From: Schmidtea polychroa
Taxonomy: Eukaryota
Direction: 5' to 3'
DNA: 64,000 nucleotides
Assembly: GCA_044892525.1 (NCBI GenBank)
Contig: CM097885.1
Coordinates: 26,848,001-26,912,000, forward strand
Below the pieces are notes generated by a model. It ran no database searches, was not told the DNA's origin, and saw nothing but the letters and a program-made list of their open reading frames with translations. Of this stretch, positions 12,372 to 20,176 are shown piece after piece. Position 1 is the stretch's first letter. Each line of letters starts with the position of its first letter. A program made the position numbers and the translations under genes.

Positions 12372-13712
12372 AAACCCCCCCCTACTTTTTTTTTTTTTTT
12401 TTTTTTTTTTAATTTTTTAAAAGACCCCCCCCCCATATTTTTTTTTTTTAAATTTAAATTTTTGTTTTAATTATCGATTACGTAATAATTTTATTTTTTG
12501 TTTTAATCATCGATTACGTAATAATTTAAAATTTTTTTAAAACATCGATTACGTCATTGATTTTAATTTTTTATAAGAATTTTTTATGTCATTATACTTG
12601 AAATTTAATTCTCTGTTAAATGAGACTATGATGTAATCAAAAATCTGAAATTTCATTTTTAGTACACCATTTTTAAATTTACACATCTTTTTAAACAAAT
12701 TGAGATATTTTCACTCAAACAATATATAGATAGAATTTTAATCTCTATAAAATGACATCAATATTTACTTCAAATTCATAATCATAACACCTTAAACAAT
12801 GTATTTTTCAGCCAACTTTTACATACACACATATTTTCAACTTTTAAAAAATACAAATTATTCATCTATACTTAACTCATAGTAAATAATTATATTAAAA
12901 GACATATTAAAAGATGTATTAAAAACTAAACATTTATTAAAATCCTAGAGAAATTCGAGCACTATCTAATTTCCAAATCGGTGATATGACATCTTTCTCA
13001 TCCATTTTATATCCCTGTATTGAAATATTTACAAACCAGCTTTCACCATCTTTATATTCAATTTCTTCAAAGGCATCATGAAAACGAGAATTTCGATTGT
13101 TGATGATTATATTTCCATTGCAACTTAGATTCTTATTGATTTTCCCCAACACTTTATTTACTGCAACAACATCTTCTTTTGTTATATGAGCAATGAAACT
13201 TGAATATTGCGACTTGATCAATTTGACTGCATTTGAGAATTTATATGGAATTTCGTCTACCAAGAAATATATCTTATGGTTATGATACATTTGTACTGGT
13301 TTCACATCATTCTTGGCATGCTTCGTCTCAGTTATTTTCTTAATTGGGCTTGTTTCTTTCAATAAATTAGAAAATGTTTTCTCACCAAAAACGTTCTTCT
13401 TGGATTGCATTTTTTAAAAATAATGACTATGATGTCATTTTATCTCTCTTTTATACTTGTGTATAACCAATCAAATGAATGCATTTGTATTGCAAACAAC
13501 ATGCATGTGTCATTGACCTTCGTGTGTGACCTTTGTATGTGACCTTTACATTTGTGACCTTTGTATGTGAGTCATACATGGTTTGCATATGTATTGCAGA
13601 TGTATTGCAAATTAGTTAATTAAAACGTGTACTAATTAGTGTGATATTAAAAATATTATACTAATACATGTAACATAAAAATAGTGTACTATCACAAGTA
13701 ACAATATAAAAT
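12275..13712. repeat. Left terminal inverted repeat (~1.44 kb)
   Basis: Reverse complement of 25857-27305 apart from a few substitutions, homopolymer length differences and a ~19-bp indel. Confidence 0.95.
12937..13410 (-). CDS. TIR-encoded 157-aa protein, copy 1 (function unknown; possibly an OB-fold ssDNA-binding protein)
   Basis: Intact ORF; protein identical to 26179-26652; CCAAT and TATAAAAG upstream; AATAAA overlaps the stop. Confidence 0.8.
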   Translation of the reverse strand: MQSKKNVFGEKTFSNLLKETSPIKKITETKHAKNDVKPVQMYHNHKIYFLVDEIPYKFSNAVKLIKSQYSSFIAHITKEDVVAVNKVLGKINKNLSCNGNIIINNRNSRFHDAFEEIEYKDGESWFVNISIQGYKMDEKDVISPIWKLDSARISLGF

Positions 13713-13746
13713 TAGAAAACACTGTATTATAATAACTAAACATTTA

Positions 13747-14124
13747 TTAGTGATCTACAATTAATGAAAAGTGAGCTTTTCTCAACTCTTTCCTTAATAT
13801 CCATATATTATACTTCTTCTCTCTATCAATACATCCTTCGCATTTGTATGGGCATACTGATGGCTTGCTGCTGTCAACAGGGCCAAGATCGTCTTCTAAC
13901 GTCCTCAAGTGATCAAACAAAACCACATTCAAATCTATTCCGGTAGACATCCATATTCTGAATGGAATAATCTCTGGTGCCCAATAGATTAGATCCTTTA
14001 AAATATTCGGATATAATTCCCCCATTTTCCCCATCAGAATCTGTATCATTTTTTCTAAAACATTTAAAATTATAAATATAAAAAGCAATAATCAAAATAT
14101 ACCATTTACAGTTAAATTTGACAT
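13747..14124 (-). CDS. Polinton hypothetical protein, ~109 aa, two exons (14124-14103, 14054-13747)
   Basis: ATG at 14124; a 48-bp GT-AG intron (14102-14055) joins MSNLTVN-E-KMIQILMG.. in frame; CPYKCEGC motif; AATAAA at the stop. Confidence 0.65.
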
Positions 14125-14233
14125 TCTCAACTAGTACTTAATAAATGATTAAAGTGTTATTGTATATATATATATATACTTATTTCGATACACACCATCA
14201 ACCAATTGGATTCATGCATGGACGATTGCAACT

Positions 14234-14698
14234 TTAGTTTAGGAAAAAATTTAAAAATTCCATGTCATCAATTACTGATTTAATATCTTTAATAATTTTA
14301 TAAACAAGTAAATGATAATCCAATGTCTTTATACCGAGTATAACTACTTTACCACTATTGAATATGTTAACACACATTGGATTGTATTTTATATATCTTA
14401 ATGCCGGAAATATTTCTGGTTCGTAAATACATTTCATATACTTTGATAAATCATTTAAAATAACATTTGATTCAATATCAGCAGTAACTGTAATCGATTG
14501 AATTTGTAAATCCTTGATTTCATATTTTAAATCTTCAACTTTGATCGATTTTTTACATCCCATTATTCGACATTTACCTGACTTGAAAAATATTATTGAA
14601 TGTTTACCGCTTCTGTCAACAATTTGTTGTGGTTTACCTTTTGGAAATTCCATATGAGATACATCAAATCTACCTTTATAATTTATATTACTAATCAT
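14234..14698 (-). CDS. TATA-binding protein (TBP)-like protein encoded by the Polinton
   Basis: Two TBP repeats: IIFFKSGKCRIMGCK and YEPEIFPALRY..PMCVNIFNSGKVVILGIK (canonical TBP: LIFSSGKMVCTGAK and YEPELFPGLIY..PRIVLLIFVSGKVVLTGAK); also ISNI and IQSI strand starts. Confidence 0.88.
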   Translation of the reverse strand: MISNINYKGRFDVSHMEFPKGKPQQIVDRSGKHSIIFFKSGKCRIMGCKKSIKVEDLKYEIKDLQIQSITVTADIESNVILNDLSKYMKCIYEPEIFPALRYIKYNPMCVNIFNSGKVVILGIKTLDYHLLVYKIIKDIKSVIDDMEFLNFFLN

Positions 14699-14746
14699 AT
14701 TTTTTCAAATAATTTTTCATCAAGTAAACTGATGAATTAAAACAAA

Positions 14747-14753
14747 TATAAAC
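14747..14753 (+). promoter_or_regulatory. TATAAAC box, candidate late promoter (also at 15393, 15598, 18432, 20140; variants at 15963 and 19730)
   Basis: The same heptamer recurs 37-42 nt upstream of start codons in the capsid/packaging cluster. Confidence 0.6.
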
Positions 14754-14783
14754 AATATTAATATATATAACTAATTTTTTAAA

Positions 14784-15407
14784 ATGGAATTAAGAAATGA
14801 TGCTGTTTATCAAATTGTAGGTCCAAGCGGTAGTGGTAAAACTTTATTTGTTTGTAAATTATTACAATCAAAAATGTTCAAGTCAAAATTCAATAAAATA
14901 TATTGGCATAGGGGTGCTGATGACGAACATGGTTTGACGCAAGAACAATTCTGTAAATTAAAAATGACAATAATAAAAGGATTTGATAAAAACTGGTCAT
15001 CTAGATTACAACAGGGTGATGTAATTATTATTGATGATTTATATCAAGAAGCTAACAAAGAAAAAGATTTTAATAATTTATTTACAAAAATATCTCGACA
15101 TCATGGTGTAACAGTTATTTTTATAACACAAAATCTGTTTCATCAGGGTGGGAGTCATCGAACTCGGAACTTGAATGTTCAATATCTTGTTATTTTCAAA
15201 AATCCGAGGGATGCAACTGTTATTGATTTCATTGCAAGACAAGCATATCCAAACAATCGTAACTTTCTAATTGAATCATTTCAAGATGCAACCAAAATAC
15301 CCCATGGATATTTATTCTTTGATTTTACTCAGCAATGCATGGATGATGTACGTATTAGGACAGATATTTTTAATAAAGATGGTGTAACAGTTTATAAACA
15401 AAATTAA
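14784..15407 (+). CDS. FtsK/HerA-superfamily (A32-like) DNA packaging ATPase
   Basis: Walker A GPSGSGKT, Walker B IIIDD, SRHHGVTVIFITQN, RTRNLNVQY. Confidence 0.93.
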   Translation: MELRNDAVYQIVGPSGSGKTLFVCKLLQSKMFKSKFNKIYWHRGADDEHGLTQEQFCKLKMTIIKGFDKNWSSRLQQGDVIIIDDLYQEANKEKDFNNLFTKISRHHGVTVIFITQNLFHQGGSHRTRNLNVQYLVIFKNPRDATVIDFIARQAYPNNRNFLIESFQDATKIPHGYLFFDFTQQCMDDVRIRTDIFNKDGVTVYKQN

Positions 15408-15431
15408 ATTATGAATCTATTATAATAAAAA

Positions 15432-15602
15432 ATAGGGTTCAAGAAAGTTTTAATTAAACATGATAATCAATTAGTCAAAGTGAAGAAGAAACGTGTAAAG
15501 AAACATGTAAAGAAATCTATAAAAAAGATAGTAAAGAAATCTGTAAAGAAAACGTTGAAGAAAAGATCAATCAAAACACCTAAAAAATGGATTAAATTAT
15601 AA
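15432..15602 (+). CDS. 56-codon lysine-rich peptide, candidate DNA-condensing core protein; start codon is ATA (mutated ATG or splice-in)
   Basis: IGFKKVLIKHDNQLVKVKKKRVKKHVKKSIKKIVKKSVKKTLKKRSIKTPKKWIKL; fills the gap after the ATPase; TATAAAC 39 nt upstream. Confidence 0.55.
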   Translation: MGFKKVLIKHDNQLVKVKKKRVKKHVKKSIKKIVKKSVKKTLKKRSIKTPKKWIKL

Positions 15603-15635
15603 ACAAAGTTAAACGATAAAAAATAAATTTCAATA

Positions 15636-15967
15636 ATGAAATTACAACGTAGTATACCATATTTTAATGCATTGATAAAAGCACCACTCATGAAAAGAAC
15701 AAGTATTTTACAATCATTCCCACAATTTGTTGTGGACGATTTGCTTGAAATTATTGTTAATGTTGTGCGTGGCAATGTTGACATTAGTAAAGCGAAAAAA
15801 CTTGTATTGCAAAACCATAAAAAATCACTTTTATCGTTAGTAAATACAAAAAATAAACGTATAATGCGAAAAATTATATACAAACAGAAAGGGGGTTTAT
15901 ATCAGCTTTGATACCAATCGCATTATCTTTATTAGGTGGATCTGGTTTATTAGGTGAGCCTTCATAA
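15636..15967 (+). CDS. Small basic virion-type protein; hydrophobic C-terminal tail lies in the -1 frame after QKGG
   Basis: ORF 15636-15911 ends KQKGGLYQL; the -1 frame from 15896 reads FISALIPIALSLLGGSGLLGEPS* (stop 15967). Confidence 0.65.
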
Positions 15968-16001
15968 ACGTTGAATTATTTTAATATCATCATCATAAAC
16001 A

Positions 16002-16235
16002 ATGGGTCAATTACCTATGGGACATTTACCAAACCTTATTCTAAATTTTAAATCATCGTGTTGTAATGGAGAAGATATGGACAAACCCAAAAGATCCAGC
16101 CGGTTTCGGTGGAGTCGAAAAGTTAAAGAAAAAAGTACCCAAATCAAAAAAGGAGACTCAAAAATGGTTGTCGAGTCAACTGGCATACAATTTAAACAAG
16201 CCAATGTTGAAACGGTTTCCCACAAGAGCATATAA
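16002..16235 (+). CDS. 77-aa ORF overlapping the integrase start, with N-terminal MG and SSCC (possible lipidation)
   Basis: ATG in AACAATGG context; CATAAAC 39 nt upstream; overlaps the integrase in another frame. Confidence 0.4.
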   Translation: MGQLPMGHLPNLILNFKSSCCNGEDMDKPKRSSRFRWSRKVKEKSTQIKKGDSKMVVESTGIQFKQANVETVSHKSI

Positions 16236-17085
16236 AACATATGGTATTAATGATTTATGGCAAATGGACTTAATGGAAATGATTCCATTTTCTAAAATTA
16301 ATAAGGGTTACAAATATATTTTGACATGTATTGATGTCTTTAGTAGATTTGCTCGAGCTATACCATTGAAAACCAAATCTGCTAGTGAAATGGCTGTTGC
16401 AATAAAAACAATGTTTAAAAATGGTAAACCAGATAATTTACAAACTGATTTGGGTAAAGAATTTTATAATAGCAAAGTTAAAGAAAATCTAAAGGGAATA
16501 AATCATTACTCTGTTTTTTCACAATTCAAAGCTGCTCATGTGGAAAGGTTTAATAGAACATTAAGAGATCGATTGAAAAAATATTTTGTACATCAAGGTA
16601 ACAAAACTTGGATAAATGTTTTACCGAAAATAATTCATAGTTACAATCATTCCGAACATGGAGGTCTAAAGGGTATGAGACCGATTGATGTAACATCTAA
16701 AAATAGTATGAAAATATTATTATCACAACAAGATGTAACAAAAATTAAGAAACCTAAATATAAAGTTGGTGATCATGTTAGAATAAGTAAAATATCGGCT
16801 TCACCATTCATTAAAAATTTTGACAACAACTGGAGTGACGAAGTCTTTCAAATATCGAAGATTAATACGAAACAGAGTCCCGTTATGTATGTTATTAAAG
16901 ATATTGATAATAATGAAATCCAGGGTAAATTTTACGAACAGGAACTGCAAGTTATTCCGACACCATCTGTCTTTAGAATTGAAAAAATTCTTAAATCAAA
17001 ATATAAAGGTAAGGATAAACAATATTACGTCAAATGGCATGGATATCAAAACCCAACTTGGATATCAGCATCTCAAATTGAATGA
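16066..17085 (+). CDS. Retroviral-type (rve) DDE integrase with C-terminal chromodomain
   Basis: WQMDL, LQTDLGKEF and VERFNRTL catalytic motifs; FRIEKIL..YYVKWHGY..TWI chromodomain. Confidence 0.96.
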   Translation: MEKIWTNPKDPAGFGGVEKLKKKVPKSKKETQKWLSSQLAYNLNKPMLKRFPTRAYKTYGINDLWQMDLMEMIPFSKINKGYKYILTCIDVFSRFARAIPLKTKSASEMAVAIKTMFKNGKPDNLQTDLGKEFYNSKVKENLKGINHYSVFSQFKAAHVERFNRTLRDRLKKYFVHQGNKTWINVLPKIIHSYNHSEHGGLKGMRPIDVTSKNSMKILLSQQDVTKIKKPKYKVGDHVRISKISASPFIKNFDNNWSDEVFQISKINTKQSPVMYVIKDIDNNEIQGKFYEQELQVIPTPSVFRIEKILKSKYKGKDKQYYVKWHGYQNPTWISASQIE

Positions 17086-18098
17086 ATAGAAACAATTTTT
17101 TCACTATTTTACCAAGCAATAGCTGTCCATTAATTCATCCGAATAATGAGGCTAGTAAATTTATCGTTGAGTTACAAAATCCCATTTACCTGCATGACAT
17201 GTGGGAAGTTGCTTTGCTTGATTACACATTTGTGTACAATACATTTCCATTTTACAGTAATTCTAAGATTGAATATAAAGAAATTGCATCGAAATCAGTT
17301 AGCAGCTTTTATGTTATTGAACCCGAAGATGATGAAACGACAATAAAAGAATTAAATAATGATTGTTACATGTATATTACCAAGGGAGTTTTAAATATTT
17401 GTTGCGATTACCATCCATTCGAGATAACATTTGAAGATGCAAGCGTAAAAAGATTAGGAGTTCCTGAACCAACAATTATAAGTCACACTGATACATTTCA
17501 AATTGTAATTCCGCCGTATGTTGATGGCATTATGAATAATGTAATTAGAATGAAGTTAACGTACAATTGTTTACAAGATTCAGTTTTCACATTTACTGAT
17601 GATTTATACATAAAGAAGCTTGAAGATTTAACCAACTATTTAACAAGTAATTGCCCCCATATTTTCAAGTCTGTTGAACTGAATGAAAATGTCTTCAAAT
17701 TCAGTCTCGGTGAAAACATTAAAGAAGTTATATTTGATAAAAACTTGGTCAACACATTTGGATTACAAAAACAATTATATAATGACAAACAATTTGGTGG
17801 AGTTCGTAAAGGAAAAATATTTAATCATCATCAACAAATGTTCATCTATAGCGATATTATTGATCCGATAAATGTTGGTGATTCACTGGTACCTCTTCTG
17901 AAAGCGGTGTGGATTAAGAAATATGAGCAAGATGAAGTTGTGCAAATACAAATAGAAAATCCTATGTATTTACCAGTTGGGAGAACATGTATAAACAATA
18001 TAGAAATTAATATACGCGATGATAGCGGAAATTTAATCCGATTTGCAAACGATTCAAAAACACACGTAACTTTACATTTTAGAAAACAAGATGTCTAA
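17082..18098 (+). CDS. Minor capsid protein (penton, Polinton PX-like)
   Basis: N-terminal FFTILPSNS..NEASKF..L.NPIYL..WEVAL and C-terminal IYSDII..VGD..PLL..PMYLPV..IEINIRD..G..TLHFR. Confidence 0.85.
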   Translation: MNRNNFFTILPSNSCPLIHPNNEASKFIVELQNPIYLHDMWEVALLDYTFVYNTFPFYSNSKIEYKEIASKSVSSFYVIEPEDDETTIKELNNDCYMYITKGVLNICCDYHPFEITFEDASVKRLGVPEPTIISHTDTFQIVIPPYVDGIMNNVIRMKLTYNCLQDSVFTFTDDLYIKKLEDLTNYLTSNCPHIFKSVELNENVFKFSLGENIKEVIFDKNLVNTFGLQKQLYNDKQFGGVRKGKIFNHHQQMFIYSDIIDPINVGDSLVPLLKAVWIKKYEQDEVVQIQIENPMYLPVGRTCINNIEINIRDDSGNLIRFANDSKTHVTLHFRKQDV

Positions 18099-18477
18099 TC
18101 CTGATATAGTTTCTCTTTATGCCAATAGTCAAACTGGTGGCGAATTACCATATTTTGTTGGCAAACAATATGGATCCGGATGGTTAAAAACTATTGGTCG
18201 GTTTGCTCTTCCTATTCTTAAACGTATAGGAAATTTTGGTATGAAAACAGCTAAAGATGTAATAATGAATAATGCAAAAATATTACCATCTTTAAAATCC
18301 AATGCCATATCTGAATTCAAAGAGGCATTACCAGATGTGATTTCTTCATTACCAAATGTAATGGGATCAAATGAAGCATCAGAATCTGAAGAGTCTGAAC
18401 CACAGCCTAAGCGAAGAAAACATCGAAGGTATATAAACAAACGAATGACAGGACGTGGAACTATATTCGAAAAATGA
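18091..18477 (+). CDS. Small virion protein with amphipathic helix (adenovirus pVI-like membrane-lytic candidate)
   Basis: QTGG and QYGSG motifs followed by amphipathic WLKTIGRFALPILKRIG; basic tail PKRRKHRR; lies between the penton and major capsid genes. Confidence 0.7.
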   Translation: MSNPDIVSLYANSQTGGELPYFVGKQYGSGWLKTIGRFALPILKRIGNFGMKTAKDVIMNNAKILPSLKSNAISEFKEALPDVISSLPNVMGSNEASESEESEPQPKRRKHRRYINKRMTGRGTIFEK

Positions 18478-19697
18478 TTTGTGGAAAAACTGAATTATGT
18501 ATTTTTGATCGACCGACTCCTCAGGCGGTTATAGAATATGCGACATTTGAAGACGTATTCCCCTTTAATTCAATTGTTGATAATAAAAGCGATATTGAAT
18601 TCAAAATAACTGGTTCTCATACTGAATATCTCGATTTGAATGATACATTACTCTACATTAAATTAAAGGTTACAAATAATAATGGAAAGGAATTACCGGT
18701 TACTTCAGATGCAAAAGCTAACAATTACTTGTTCCATACACTTTTTAGTGATGTTATTGTTGGACTCAATAGTCAAAAGATTGAAGGTGGAAACGGAAGA
18801 TATACACAAAAAGCTTTAATTGAAACTATTTTAAATTATAATGGAGATAGTAAAAACATTTGTCTGGCTCCTATGGGTTACATTCCATCTGATAAGGAAA
18901 GAACAGCATTAATTGCCGGTTCTAAATTAGTTTCCCTATGTTCGTCATTGCAAATAGATTTTATGGATCAACCAAAATATTTACTTCCAGGAGTTAATGT
19001 TAATGTAACACTGAAAAGAAACCCATCATCATTCAGTATACATTCGCTAACAGATGAACCAAAGATAAAGGTATTGGAAGCAAAATTAATGATTCGCAGA
19101 GTTCGAGTTGAACCATCAGTTTTAGCAGGGCATCAAATAGGGTTAAATTCTAAAAATGCTATATATCCAATTAGAAGTAAAGAAACTGTCGACTTTACAA
19201 TCAGTAAAGGTTCATCGTCATTTTACAAGGAACAATTATTTATTGACAAAAGATTACCAAATTTCGTTTTAGTGGCATTTCAAACTGAATCTCAATTTAA
19301 GGGAACATATAAGGAATCCAGCTCAATCTTTAAACATTTGGATATTACATCAATCACTTTAGCCAAAAATAATGACTATCGAGAAACATATACACAAAAC
19401 TTTGACACAAATGATTATACTACAACGTATATGCAAAGTATTGTGAGAAATCTGGGGTATTTGGATAAAAACATGAACTGTGGGATTACACTTGAAGATT
19501 TTAAAGATAAATATCCATTCTTTACATTTGTTTTGTCTCCAGATTTTGATTTGAATCAAAGTCAATTACCACAACAAGGAAATTTAAAATTGAGTGTAAA
19601 GTTTAATAAATCACTCGAGGAATCGGTTTATGTAATAGTATACGGAGTTTTCGAAAGAGAATTACAAATTACTGCAAGTCGATCAGTATTGGTTTGA
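18474..19697 (+). CDS. Major capsid protein (double jelly-roll, Polinton PY-like)
   Basis: KTELCIFDRPTPQAVIE, YLDLNDTLLYIKLK, NNYLFHTLFSDV, QPKYLLPGV; size and position fit a Polinton MCP. Confidence 0.88.
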   Translation: MICGKTELCIFDRPTPQAVIEYATFEDVFPFNSIVDNKSDIEFKITGSHTEYLDLNDTLLYIKLKVTNNNGKELPVTSDAKANNYLFHTLFSDVIVGLNSQKIEGGNGRYTQKALIETILNYNGDSKNICLAPMGYIPSDKERTALIAGSKLVSLCSSLQIDFMDQPKYLLPGVNVNVTLKRNPSSFSIHSLTDEPKIKVLEAKLMIRRVRVEPSVLAGHQIGLNSKNAIYPIRSKETVDFTISKGSSSFYKEQLFIDKRLPNFVLVAFQTESQFKGTYKESSSIFKHLDITSITLAKNNDYRETYTQNFDTNDYTTTYMQSIVRNLGYLDKNMNCGITLEDFKDKYPFFTFVLSPDFDLNQSQLPQQGNLKLSVKFNKSLEESVYVIVYGVFERELQITASRSVLV

Positions 19698-19762
19698 AAG
19701 TATTTCAAACTGTATTGGTTTAAACGTAGTATAAATGAATTAAACAATGGAAACAATTTATT

Positions 19763-20144
19763 ATGGAGTAAGTTTTTAATTAATAATTAATTTTATTTGA
19801 TTAGTTCTATTCAGGTTAATCGAATTGGAAAAATGTTGTTGGGGAATCAGTTTACTGGAGTATTCCCATTAGATAAAATCCCCTATCTGAACGCAAACCA
19901 AGCTATAGTCGTCAATACTCAATCATCAAATCTTGAAGGAGAACATTGGATTGCAATATATGTGAAACCTGATAAAATACATGTTTTTGATCCGATGGGA
20001 TATTATTATCCAGATATAATGATAACAAAACTACAAACAGTTGGTAAACCCCTTCTGTATAATAAAATTCGTTATCAAAATCCAATGACTCAAACATGTG
20101 GTCAACATTGCCTTGCATGGCTAAATTCAATGTTATATGTATAA
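19763..20144 (+). CDS. Adenain-like cysteine maturation protease; start probably supplied by a short spliced 5' exon
   Basis: NTQ..GEHW, FDPMG and Q..TQTCGQHC give a His-Asp-Cys triad; donor GTAAGT at 19768 with in-frame acceptors at 19804 (ATG 19763, MDSIQVNR..) or 19814 (ATG 19747). Confidence 0.88.
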
Positions 20145-20176
20145 ACGATGTAGTTTAATAAATCTTATTAATAAAA

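Noticed and set aside
12473..12557. Three regularly spaced repeats resembling a mini CRISPR array
   Set aside because: Repeats are only ~14 bp, spacers are similar low-complexity sequence, there are no cas genes and the context is eukaryotic; better explained as TIR protein-binding sites
14234..14698. TBP-like ORF as the host TBP gene or a recent host retrocopy
   Set aside because: Far more divergent than animal TBPs, no poly(A) or TSD of its own, and tightly packed between element genes inside the TIRs
15467..15883. 138-aa - strand ORF with Phe/Thr repeats
   Set aside because: Antisense shadow of the Lys-rich peptide and the 15636 ORF
17990..17996. TATAAAC as the promoter of the 18091 gene
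   Set aside because: 101 nt upstream, outside the 37-42 nt spacing; not counted as support (nor is the copy at 14299)
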